Virus record (IMG/VR): IMGVR_UViG_3300012929_000004
Length of the DNA: 56,831 nucleotides
Direction: 5' to 3' (one strand)
Source: a virus
The position numbers and the translations under genes were made by a program. Below the pieces are notes generated by a model. The model had not been told where the DNA came from. It ran no database searches and saw nothing but the letters and a program-made list of their open reading frames with translations. Below, piece after piece: positions 25,618-34,676 of the stretch; position 1 is the first letter of the stretch, and each line of letters begins with the position of its first letter.

Positions 25618-26561
25618 TGCCTACTGGACATCACGAAGGCGGTTCACCAGAACAGCTGAGAAAAATATTAAATGATTTATTAGCTGGATTAAGCAGTTCA
25701 TCTATTTCTGAAGTAGAACGTCCTTATGTAGCATTTCAGGGCTGGAACCCTAATTTACCGGCTAACCTTCAAAGGGCGCCCGTTAATCCGACTGAAGAAC
25801 GATACCTTGCTAGCGCAAGAGACGTTGGACAGCATGTGCCATTCTTGAATCGTGCTCAAACGCTTAGCGCAGAGGGTTCGATGCGATTCCCTGAAATGTC
25901 TGGGCAATACATGAATCCTTATCAGGAGCAGGTTGCTAACAGAATGTCTCAGTTAGGCAATCGTAATTTTACTGAAAACATTTTACCTGCATTAGAGGCT
26001 AAATTTGTGCGCCTAGGGCAACATGGCGGCAGTCGTCATGCGCAACTAGCGCAGCGTGCTGCACGTGATACACAGAACGAAATAAGCGCTATGCAGGGAC
26101 AATTAATGCATCATGGTTACGGTCAAGCAGCCGCTCGTCATGCAGAAGACCAGGCCCGCAAATTAAAAACCGCTGAATTAGACGCGATGTTAGGAAAAAC
26201 TACGCAAGCACAACACCTGATTGATACGACTTCGTTGGGTGGTGCCGGGGCTCATGAAAGAGAGAATGCGCAAGCATTAATTGATTTATCCAGAGAAGAA
26301 CAAGAACGCATGCATGGACATAAGGCAAGGCAGTTATCACATGCTGCCGGTATTGCGCATGGTACGAGGCTTGAGTCTCCCTATTGGGTTCCTCATGAAC
26401 GACAAAGCATGGGTGGTAAAGATTATCTTAAGGCGGCAATGCAAGGAGCCGCAATGGTTATGGGGCAACCAAGCGACAGTTCTGGTACTACACCTGCACC
26501 CGTTGAGCGTCGCTCTAAAGCTGGCGGCTCTATTAGACAGTTCAGCCCAAGGAGACGATAA
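25617..26561 (+). CDS. Internal virion protein candidate
   Basis: 314 aa with SD ggagg. The C-terminus is basic. Confidence 0.6.
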   Translation: MPTGHHEGGSPEQLRKILNDLLAGLSSSSISEVERPYVAFQGWNPNLPANLQRAPVNPTEERYLASARDVGQHVPFLNRAQTLSAEGSMRFPEMSGQYMNPYQEQVANRMSQLGNRNFTENILPALEAKFVRLGQHGGSRHAQLAQRAARDTQNEISAMQGQLMHHGYGQAAARHAEDQARKLKTAELDAMLGKTTQAQHLIDTTSLGGAGAHERENAQALIDLSREEQERMHGHKARQLSHAAGIAHGTRLESPYWVPHERQSMGGKDYLKAAMQGAAMVMGQPSDSSGTTPAPVERRSKAGGSIRQFSPRRR

Positions 26562-27608
26562 ATGAATACCGACAATTATTTACAATTGTCTCAGATGGAA
26601 AGTGGTGCACCAAGTTCTCCAATGCCGCCGCAACCACAACAAAATGTTCCACATGGAACATTTAATCCTTTAGAAAAAGGGGCAAGTGAGGCTATTAGAG
26701 CAGTTCGTGAAACTATTGGTTCAAAGCCTGACCGTAGACGTCCTTTTGTAGAAGGCTTAGCAGCATTTGCTAATGCTATGCCTAATTCTAGGCATATTCA
26801 GCAGATGCCAAATGTGCATCCCTATGCACATCAAGACCAACAAATGGCTGAGAATATGCAGATAATGCAATATTTGCAGAAAGTTGAACTTGCAAAACAA
26901 CAACAGCAAGAGGTTATGAATCGTAATCAAGAGCAGGCTAGGCATCATAGGGCCATAGAAAGCCATTACGCGCAACGACATGGCATGGAGCAACCGGGAC
27001 GACAAACCTTTATTGATATTGATGGCAAATCTGTTGATGTTTCCGGATATGCGCCAATTGAAGGCAAGACAGAGTTAAATCGTTTGCAAAAACAAAAGAA
27101 TTCTTTAGGTACCGTTCTGCATAGTACGAAAGATGCGCTTAGATTGCTTGATAAGCTAGAAAAGACAACAGAAGGTGACGTTATCACCCCTGGCTCTCCC
27201 GGAGGAATGGGCGCTATTAGTCGAACATATACAAACGTGCGAGCTGGCATGGGAAATAAACATGCTATCTCTGAACGCGACCAGTCCAGAGTCTTAAATG
27301 ACAAGATAACTTCTGTTAGATCTACTTTTGAAAACGCTATTAGAAACGGCGTGGTTCCAGCTTCCATGGCTAATAGATTTGAAAAAGAAGAGGTTTTCCC
27401 TCGCTTTGGCGAACCTTTCTCAACAACGAGAGAGAAATTGAAAGCGATTGAAAAAGATTTATCTACGATTAGAAAAGCTTCTGAGATTTCGTTAAGGACT
27501 CGACGCAATATTGACCCTCTAGATTTAGAAAATTTGACCGGTGGTGCGATGCCTGCCCCGGATACAATGTCTACTGAACAAATTGAGGCAGAATTAGCAA
27601 ATGAATAG
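26562..27608 (+). CDS. Internal virion protein candidate (Q-rich, coiled coil)
   Basis: 348 aa in the late operon. Confidence 0.6.
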   Translation: MNTDNYLQLSQMESGAPSSPMPPQPQQNVPHGTFNPLEKGASEAIRAVRETIGSKPDRRRPFVEGLAAFANAMPNSRHIQQMPNVHPYAHQDQQMAENMQIMQYLQKVELAKQQQQEVMNRNQEQARHHRAIESHYAQRHGMEQPGRQTFIDIDGKSVDVSGYAPIEGKTELNRLQKQKNSLGTVLHSTKDALRLLDKLEKTTEGDVITPGSPGGMGAISRTYTNVRAGMGNKHAISERDQSRVLNDKITSVRSTFENAIRNGVVPASMANRFEKEEVFPRFGEPFSTTREKLKAIEKDLSTIRKASEISLRTRRNIDPLDLENLTGGAMPAPDTMSTEQIEAELANE

Positions 27609-29814
27609 ACGTGAAGAGTTAATAGCTGAGCTAGAGCGCCGAAAAGGTGTTACTGCGCCTGTCGCTAATTCTGAACCTATTGGGCGACGCGAACAGCTAT
27701 TACAAGAATTACAGAAGCGTCAACAAACAGAATCTCAGCAAATCCCACAAGAGCAACAGCCTGTTCCTGGAATGCAAGAAGCTAGAGAAGTTGCTGGCGG
27801 CTCTTTGCAACCGGGTGCGTTGGAAGATTTCTTGAAAGGTTTATTCGTAACTGCACCAGCATCCGCGTTTGATGTTTTGGGAAAAACTTTTGGTGAACAT
27901 CTAAAACATAATATGCCTCTTAGAAAAGCCCAAGAAGCTATAGGCAGCCAATTGCCAGCTATTCAGGCAGGTCCACCACTCGCTGAAAGGGCGGCCGCTA
28001 AGTTTCATGAACTCACAGGCACTCAAGCACCACTTCCTGGCACAGAGCCAAGCATTGCGCAAACAACGGGTGAATTCTTAAGCCCGCTTCCTGGTGTTAC
28101 AAAGCTTCAAGCAGGCATGAAAGGGTTGAAGGCAGCTGGTAAAGCAGTGGCAGGCGCACTTGGGGCTTCTGCTGCGCTGCACACGTTGCCCAATATTACT
28201 GAAGAAGGCAGCGTACCGGAACAGATAGGCAAAGCATTACTGGGAAGCGTTACAGGGCGTGGAGCGCTTAATGTTGCTAAGCATACAGTTCCCGTGGTCG
28301 CTCATCCTTTGCAAAGCTTAAGGAAAGGCGCTGCGCATATTGCATCGCTTGGGACCGAGCCAAACGTAGAGGCATTAAAGCTTGCTGAAAAGCATGGTGT
28401 TGAATTACCGCTGAATGTAGGGATGCGCTCGAAAGCGTTGAACGCAACATCAAACTTTTTATCAAAGAGTGTATTCGCTAGCAAAAAATTTACCGATAGT
28501 TTCAATCGGTCTAATAAGTCTATGCTAGACGTGGTTAAGAAAAATATTGATATATCAGGAGCAGAACCATCGACAGCGTCGCAGAATTTTAAGGATTTTT
28601 TATCTCAAGAACAAAAAGATGCAAAAAAGTTAGTAGACGTTGAATATGGAAACGCCAGGAAATTATTAAACAAGGGTGACTCGGTAATTCCTAAGCATAC
28701 GATTGATTCTATTCATGCGATGAAAGAAATTCTGACACGTGACATTCAATCGCCAGCTACCAAGAAAGTAGCGAGTTATGTGATTAAGCTAGCAGATTCT
28801 TGGGGCATCGCACCAAAAGGGGCAAAGCTTGCAAAAGGGTGGGAAAAGATTGCTGATGACCCAAAATTAATGGGTCAGCTCATTGATTCTTTTGAAACTA
28901 AAGCCAAAGCTATTCCAATAGAAAAACTAGAAGGCGTACGGTCGGAACTTGGTAATATTTTAGGCCATAAGCAAGAAGTATTGGGAATGGAGAACTGGCT
29001 TAAGGGAATCAGAAATTCTATTACAAAAGATTTCGAATCATCCGCTAATAAGCCATATGTTCAAGAGATTAAGAAGGCTAATAATTTCTATCGCGAATCA
29101 TATGCAGCTAGATTTAAAGAAGATTTAGCTGAGAGCATCCTGACTGGTGATAAGCCTTTATATACTTATGGAAAGTTATCAGGACCCAATGCTGCCAATA
29201 ATCTTGATATCTTAGAGCGCGTAGCGGGGCAATCACCAAAAGCTAAAGAAGTGCTTGACGCTCTCAAAAAAGCTAAAACCAGAGAAATATTTAATAGTGC
29301 ATTTACTGAAGAAGGTATAAAGCTTGGTAATTTTGTGCGACAGTTCGAAAAGTCTGAAGTCAATCAGGAATTACTGAAAAAACTTATGGGTCCAGAGCCT
29401 TATAAAAATTTATCCGAACTATCAAAAGTCATGCGCGAACAGATAGACTCCGGTAAAGACATGTTAAATACCTCATCCACTGCTTATGTGGCTTCAGACT
29501 TAAGCATTCTGAAAAAGTTTGGGACCGAAACAACTGCCGCTTTAATAGGACTGTTTTCGTCACATCCTTCAGTCGCTATAGGTGCGCTAGGGGCCGCAGC
29601 TACAAAAATAGCTGTCCCTAACTTAATTAGCAGATTGATGGCTGACCCAAAATTCGTACAACAAGCTAGAGCTTTTGCGATTGCTAGAAAGAACGGCAAC
29701 ATGAAACATTCAGGACAATTGATGGAAAATCTAGGCAAGCATGCCAATGAGATTCTAAGAGCGTCCGCATATCAACCAGGAAAAGAATCTAAGGAGAATA
29801 AGAACGATGAGTAG
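27601..29814 (+). CDS. Large internal virion protein candidate
   Basis: 737 aa and helical, with A/K/L-rich composition. No enzymatic motif was recognised. Confidence 0.6.
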   Translation: MNRREELIAELERRKGVTAPVANSEPIGRREQLLQELQKRQQTESQQIPQEQQPVPGMQEAREVAGGSLQPGALEDFLKGLFVTAPASAFDVLGKTFGEHLKHNMPLRKAQEAIGSQLPAIQAGPPLAERAAAKFHELTGTQAPLPGTEPSIAQTTGEFLSPLPGVTKLQAGMKGLKAAGKAVAGALGASAALHTLPNITEEGSVPEQIGKALLGSVTGRGALNVAKHTVPVVAHPLQSLRKGAAHIASLGTEPNVEALKLAEKHGVELPLNVGMRSKALNATSNFLSKSVFASKKFTDSFNRSNKSMLDVVKKNIDISGAEPSTASQNFKDFLSQEQKDAKKLVDVEYGNARKLLNKGDSVIPKHTIDSIHAMKEILTRDIQSPATKKVASYVIKLADSWGIAPKGAKLAKGWEKIADDPKLMGQLIDSFETKAKAIPIEKLEGVRSELGNILGHKQEVLGMENWLKGIRNSITKDFESSANKPYVQEIKKANNFYRESYAARFKEDLAESILTGDKPLYTYGKLSGPNAANNLDILERVAGQSPKAKEVLDALKKAKTREIFNSAFTEEGIKLGNFVRQFEKSEVNQELLKKLMGPEPYKNLSELSKVMREQIDSGKDMLNTSSTAYVASDLSILKKFGTETTAALIGLFSSHPSVAIGALGAAATKIAVPNLISRLMADPKFVQQARAFAIARKNGNMKHSGQLMENLGKHANEILRASAYQPGKESKENKNDE

Positions 29815-31270
29815 TTTCACTAATATTTTCAGTGGCTCACTTTTAACTCCTAGCTTCTCATTTTATGAAGCCATTACGCTAAGCTCTAATTTGCAACTTT
29901 CTTGGAATACTGATTTTGGACCAAATCCTAATGTGGTAGCGGCTATTATGCAGATAAGTCCTACCGCTAATGGTTACAGTCTTATTATGCCTAATGCATT
30001 AAATATCTCGGTTGGGTTTAGCTTTTCTATTAATAACAAAACAAGATTCTCATTTAAATTGGTCGCTAATGATGGTGCGACTATTATTGATACCATTACT
30101 GGCCCTAGTTTTTCAACCTTCTATTTAACTAGCAATTCTTCTGTAAATGGTACATGGGAGCTAGTCCCTTATGGCGTTGGAACAGGAAGCGTAACAAGCG
30201 TTGCCATATCTGCCGGCGCTACATCGGGCAATATTGTTATAGGGGGCTCACCTATTACTTTAGCTGGCACTATCACCTTAGCGCTTGGTGCAGACTTAGG
30301 GGCTCTAACAGGCTTAGGTGCTTCCACGGGAATAGCGGTTAGAACCGCCGCTAATGGCACATGGACAACAACATCCATGATGGTTGGAATGCCGAATCAA
30401 GTAGCCATTGTAAATGGTAATGGAGTTGCTGGTCCTCCTACTTTTAGCCTTGTGCCAACATTGGCCAATCTTAGCTCTATCTCGCTAAATTCAGGCGGGA
30501 ACATAGATATTGGTGTAACTCCTAATGTGATTACAGCCAATAATAGCGGTGGCGGCCTTACGCTTTCAGCAAATGCTATTGGGGGGAATGTTTTTATTAC
30601 CTCTCCCGCTGGCAGTATTCTCTTAAGCGCTAGCAGCGCAGGCACAACTGCAGCTGCCTTCAGTTTGATAACCTCTGGAGCTTCCTTATCTTTTTCAGGC
30701 ATTGCGGCTAATGTTTTTATGAATGCCGCTTCGACAACCAGTAGTTACAGCATTAAACTACCAACAGGTCCAGGCTCAGTTAACCAAGTACTACAAATCA
30801 CTTCTGTGGCCTCAAGTACCTTGCAAACATCATGGATATCGGCGGGCTCTGGTACCGTAACGGCAATCACCGCTGGAACTAACCTAACCGGCGGCACGAT
30901 TACCACCACAGGAACCATTGCGCTAGCGTCTGCGTTAACTGGGCTAACATCAGTCTCTACCAATACGCTTATATCCTCCCCTGCCGCTTCTGGAGCCGCT
31001 GGTCTAGTCTTAGGGGTTCCTTATCAGAATTCATTAGGCTATGACGTTACATTGCAGGTTTATTTCGACATTACCTCTAATACTAGCGGCGTTATCAGTT
31101 GCGGTGTTGGCCCTACTAATACACCTCCACAACAGGTAATTGTGACCGGTAGCACAACAGTAGGTTACCTGCCTGTTTCAGTATACTTGCCAAATAACTA
31201 CTACGCGCTTATTAGTACTACTGGTACTATCACGATTGCCATCCGAGGACAGAATGTAACGCCTGTTTAG
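29807..31270 (+). CDS. Tail fibre-like protein
   Basis: Its VTAITAGTNLTGGTITTTGTIALASALTGLTSV module is shared with 16734 and 19781. Composition is S/T/G/A-rich and beta-type. Confidence 0.7.
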   Translation: MSSFTNIFSGSLLTPSFSFYEAITLSSNLQLSWNTDFGPNPNVVAAIMQISPTANGYSLIMPNALNISVGFSFSINNKTRFSFKLVANDGATIIDTITGPSFSTFYLTSNSSVNGTWELVPYGVGTGSVTSVAISAGATSGNIVIGGSPITLAGTITLALGADLGALTGLGASTGIAVRTAANGTWTTTSMMVGMPNQVAIVNGNGVAGPPTFSLVPTLANLSSISLNSGGNIDIGVTPNVITANNSGGGLTLSANAIGGNVFITSPAGSILLSASSAGTTAAAFSLITSGASLSFSGIAANVFMNAASTTSSYSIKLPTGPGSVNQVLQITSVASSTLQTSWISAGSGTVTAITAGTNLTGGTITTTGTIALASALTGLTSVSTNTLISSPAASGAAGLVLGVPYQNSLGYDVTLQVYFDITSNTSGVISCGVGPTNTPPQQVIVTGSTTVGYLPVSVYLPNNYYALISTTGTITIAIRGQNVTPV

Positions 31271-31279
31271 GAAGCCTAA

Positions 31280-32002
31280 ATGTCAGCAACGAAAGAAGAA
31301 ACAGAAAAGGCAATCCAGCTAAGAAAAGCTAAGTCTCTGCATTCGGGGAAAGCAGTTCGTATCGATAAGTATCCAGAAAACTGGCGCAGAATCCCCTATG
31401 AAAATGCAATACACCATAATGCCATTGGTGATTTGGCCAGACTAGCTTTTAATTATAGAAGAAATTCTGATGTCCCTCTTCAGCGAAATGTTGCCTCCAT
31501 AGGATTCTACGATAAACGCATGGCCCCTCCCATTACTATCCAGGCAGCTTATAGCGGTGGCAATAAAGAAATGTCACAGCATGCTGAACGTATAGCGCTA
31601 TTGCATGCTTTGGAGGCCGCCGCTGGGAAGCCCCTGTCTGCGGCACATGCAGTTAATATTCCTCATTTCAATGACCTAAGCGCCTATGCCAATCAGCTAA
31701 ACAATATTCCTATCGTAAGAGCTTATACCGAGCGTATCCCCTGCCAGCTACCTTTTTCTGCGACCACCCAGAACTGTCATCAGTTCTTACAGCAAGCATT
31801 ACCGCCCCATACGGGAACCGAAAGAAGCGTCCATCACTCAATACCGCTAGACATATCACATGAGATGGAAGACAATCTAATGAAACAATTAGAGAGAGCC
31901 GGGGCGTCCTATATGGACGTTTTAGCCATATTAGCCCCGCAGTCTCTATCAAAATATGCCCCATCAACTGCTCACCATAAGAAAAAAGATGTTGACTCCT
32001 AA
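31280..32002 (+). CDS. Hypothetical protein with deaminase-like zinc signature (HAE ... PC-x10-C), function unproven
   Basis: SD aggaag. H101-A-E103 sits in SQHAERIALLHAL. P154-C155...C166 sits in YTERIPCQLPFSATTQNCHQF, preceded by the beta-like stretches NVASIGFY and ITIQAAYSGG. Confidence 0.6.
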   Translation: MSATKEETEKAIQLRKAKSLHSGKAVRIDKYPENWRRIPYENAIHHNAIGDLARLAFNYRRNSDVPLQRNVASIGFYDKRMAPPITIQAAYSGGNKEMSQHAERIALLHALEAAAGKPLSAAHAVNIPHFNDLSAYANQLNNIPIVRAYTERIPCQLPFSATTQNCHQFLQQALPPHTGTERSVHHSIPLDISHEMEDNLMKQLERAGASYMDVLAILAPQSLSKYAPSTAHHKKKDVDS

Positions 32003-32019
32003 ATTATCATGTATATACT
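31992..32019 (+). promoter_or_regulatory. Sigma70-like promoter TTGACT-N16-TATACT for the accessory island
   Basis: Overlaps the last codons of 31280..32002 and lies 44 nt upstream of the ATG at 32063. Confidence 0.45.
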
Positions 32020-32062
32020 ATAACCTTTGCAATGACAGGCAAGTTATGTTACAGGGGGCCGT

Positions 32063-32686
32063 ATGCAGAGTCAGGAAGCGATAGCAGCGCAGATAGTTCA
32101 GCTGAGCACTAAGGAAAAGCTCTTAGAGAAAATATTGTTAGCTATGCAAGCAAAGAAAGAATTTGAGCTGGCTATCGTAGGTGAGAATCGAGAATTTTCT
32201 GACAAGGTTTATATGCTAGAGCGATTCTTTGAGCTATTAAACTTAAAGGACCATGCCTGGCACTGCAATCCCAATAATCGATGCCCTAGCATTCAGTTAC
32301 CCTTAGCGCTTAAGCGTTATCGTGATTATTGTCATTATTGGCAGTTCACTTTATATAAAATGCATAACTCTGGCTACTTTCCGCACAGGATTACCGGTGA
32401 GCCCAAGGGTCTCATTTGCAATGATTTTCCGATAAGGCACGATTATCCTTATGAATATATGGACACAGATGATAATCGCCTATATTTACAAAACCTACTG
32501 GATGCTAATAGATTTGGGCTGGCACATAATGCTTCTGAAATTCAGATGCTAGATGAAAGGCTGGCCTCTTATGAAGGGCAATTATCTGGGTTGGATGCCC
32601 CTAAGGCATTAATTTTTACCAGGCGTTGCTCATTATCGTCATCTTTCTCAATGCAGGAGATAAGCACATGCAAGATAAAGCCGTGA
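32063..32686 (+). CDS. Coiled-coil protein, island paralogue family 1 (SGYF motif)
   Basis: SD aggggg. LEKILLAMQAKKE and HNSGYF...ITG match the next gene. Confidence 0.6.
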   Translation: MQSQEAIAAQIVQLSTKEKLLEKILLAMQAKKEFELAIVGENREFSDKVYMLERFFELLNLKDHAWHCNPNNRCPSIQLPLALKRYRDYCHYWQFTLYKMHNSGYFPHRITGEPKGLICNDFPIRHDYPYEYMDTDDNRLYLQNLLDANRFGLAHNASEIQMLDERLASYEGQLSGLDAPKALIFTRRCSLSSSFSMQEISTCKIKP

Positions 32687-33324
32687 TGGAATTTCAGCTA
32701 GATTTACAGAAAAGGCGTGGGGCGATTGAGAAGAAGATTTTAGCCCTAAAGGCTGAGATTCGTGAACTCATCAAGCAAAATGACGCGCATCGTGAAAAGG
32801 TATGGTTAACTGAAAATATTAAGACGTTTTTAGCGATTGCGTTGCACCCTATGGGTCATGACAGAACCGTTTACGCAATGATGAATCATGGTAATAATTG
32901 CAATATTCTGCACAACCTTTTAAGACAAGCTTATGAGTCTGGATATTTTGACAAAGAGTATATCTGGAAAGAGGCCGATAAACATATGGAACATTCGATT
33001 ACCGGTTGTTTTCGTTATAACTGCGAGCACCCTAATGAGAGGCAAAGCAGATATTTTGATTTGATTCTAAATATCTCAAACACTGAAATCACAACCAATA
33101 ACCATAAGATTGCTGTCTTAAAAGATGCAGCAATGGCACATAGGGTTGAGCTCAATGTATTGATAACCAGGCTGCATAATTATAAGCGCGAGCAACCCAC
33201 AGGCGTTACGTTACCGCTTATTTTTTCATCTACGATACGCAACTTAGAGACTTACCGGCCTGCGCCCCTAAAGACAGGGGTTATGTTACCCGTTAAAAAA
33301 CCACGACACTCATTAATCATTTAA
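32668..33324 (+). CDS. Coiled-coil protein, island paralogue family 1 (SGYF motif)
   Basis: ATG at 32668 with SD aggaga. The track start at 32626 was rejected. Carries IEKKILALKAEIRE and YESGYF...ITG. Confidence 0.6.
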   Translation: MQDKAVMEFQLDLQKRRGAIEKKILALKAEIRELIKQNDAHREKVWLTENIKTFLAIALHPMGHDRTVYAMMNHGNNCNILHNLLRQAYESGYFDKEYIWKEADKHMEHSITGCFRYNCEHPNERQSRYFDLILNISNTEITTNNHKIAVLKDAAMAHRVELNVLITRLHNYKREQPTGVTLPLIFSSTIRNLETYRPAPLKTGVMLPVKKPRHSLII

Positions 33325-33333
33325 GGAGCCATT

Positions 33334-33756
33334 ATGTTTAACGAATATAGAATGCGACTAGCTAATCCCAAAGGGGCGCAAGCTCCAAAATTGCCAGCAA
33401 TTGCTGAAGAGGCGAGAGTAGACTTGTCTGTGCTAATTGAGCGATTGACTAGATTTATGGATAGAAAAGAAGTTATCCGAACAGAGCGTCACAAGGCTGA
33501 AAACGAATACGCTGAGAAATTTTCTGCTTATGAAGCTTTGTTGCAGACTAGTCTTTACAGAGACAATACCAGAGAAGGTGATGCTTTGCATGGAGTATTA
33601 AGGTTTTTTAATCATAATATTAACACCATGAGAACGCGAGAACTTGAGTTAACTGAAGATATCGCCCAAACCAAGGCTGTTATACAGAATTTAAGGGATA
33701 TTGCTTTAGCGAAGGAATTAACTCCTAAGGTGTCATTGGCCCCCGTAAATCGATAA
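33334..33756 (+). CDS. Coiled-coil protein, island paralogue family 2 (N-terminal MFNEY)
   Basis: SD aaggag, 140 aa. Confidence 0.6.
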   Translation: MFNEYRMRLANPKGAQAPKLPAIAEEARVDLSVLIERLTRFMDRKEVIRTERHKAENEYAEKFSAYEALLQTSLYRDNTREGDALHGVLRFFNHNINTMRTRELELTEDIAQTKAVIQNLRDIALAKELTPKVSLAPVNR

Positions 33757-33765
33757 TAGGTGAAT

Positions 33766-34446
33766 ATGTTTACTCAATATGGCCCGTCAAGGGTAAATAA
33801 AGCTACGCGACAAGTGTCGCCATTTTCAGACTTTCTGAATTATACAGAAAAGCTGAAACGTTCAACCGAGAAGAAGGATGCCTTAAAACCAACCAATCTA
33901 GAGGAGAAACTCATGTTTAATCAATACAAATCTCAGACATACTTAGCATCTCTGTCAGCCACCACGACACAAGTTGACCCATTAGATTCTGAGGATTTAA
34001 AGAGAAGGTTACGCAATTGTCTGGATAAGAAGCAAGCATTAAGAGCGCAGCGAGAAATGACTGAAGAGCTTAGGAATCAACATTTTGCTAAGTTTAAGGG
34101 TGTAGAAGCCGTCAGGAAAGGCGCTGAATTTGGCAGTAAGGATTACGCCTTGCATAGTGATGAGGTAAATCTATTAAAGGCTCAGGACGCTTGCTATGAG
34201 AACGAAATCAACACCTACAAAAGCCGAGAAGAATCGCTTAACACAGACATAGACCAGTTAATTAAGATTCTGAATATAGCGCACTTATTAAAGCCTGCGG
34301 AAAGAGTTGCAGAAAATCCGCTCGCTAGCCCCGCCTCTTCAACTAGAAGTCTTGCTACTCAAGATTTTGTTAGTCTCGAAGATGGGGAAACGATAAAAGA
34401 CGTGATTAACATTGCTAAACATTTAAATCAGAGCTGCATGCTGTAA
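33766..34446 (+). CDS. Coiled-coil protein, island paralogue family 2 (N-terminal MFTQY; internal MFNQY at 33913 with strong SD)
   Basis: The track start at 33760 is GTG, with an ATG at 33766. An internal ATG at 33913 is preceded by gaggag. Confidence 0.6.
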   Translation: MFTQYGPSRVNKATRQVSPFSDFLNYTEKLKRSTEKKDALKPTNLEEKLMFNQYKSQTYLASLSATTTQVDPLDSEDLKRRLRNCLDKKQALRAQREMTEELRNQHFAKFKGVEAVRKGAEFGSKDYALHSDEVNLLKAQDACYENEINTYKSREESLNTDIDQLIKILNIAHLLKPAERVAENPLASPASSTRSLATQDFVSLEDGETIKDVINIAKHLNQSCML

Positions 34447-34676
34447 TGCTTACGCAGTATAGAGCTAGGCTGATAGAAGCGCTCAAAAAGGAAAAGAGCG
34501 CTTCTAACCGCATCTTAAAGAGAGCGGCAGTATTGCATATGGAGTGGCGCAAGATTGAGCAGCAATTACTCATCTCTCAGCGTAATGCTCAGTTTTTAGC
34601 TGAGCGTTTAGCGGTGGTTGAAAAGCATGATTCTGGGGAACCTATCGCTCATCCAAAAGGTAAGCATTTGAAATAA
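34446..34676 (+). CDS. Coiled-coil protein, island paralogue family 2 (N-terminal MLTQY)
   Basis: TAATG coupling. Its 3' end overlaps the convergent RNA ligase gene by 35 nt. Confidence 0.5.
   Translation: MLTQYRARLIEALKKEKSASNRILKRAAVLHMEWRKIEQQLLISQRNAQFLAERLAVVEKHDSGEPIAHPKGKHLK

Noticed and set aside
26966-27508. 180-aa minus-strand ORF. Similar antisense ORFs occur inside the portal, fibre and internal-protein genes (for example 5233..5460, 6823..7056, 17561..17767, 24755..25075, 30397..30702).
   Set aside because: All are embedded antisense in long, operon-organised plus-strand genes. None has a ribosome-binding site or independent support.
12469-31270. A diversity-generating retroelement acting on the fibre C-termini (template/variable repeat pairs).
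   Set aside because: No reverse transcriptase ORF exists in the genome. The shared fibre segments are protein-level modules, not adenine-biased near-identical DNA repeats.
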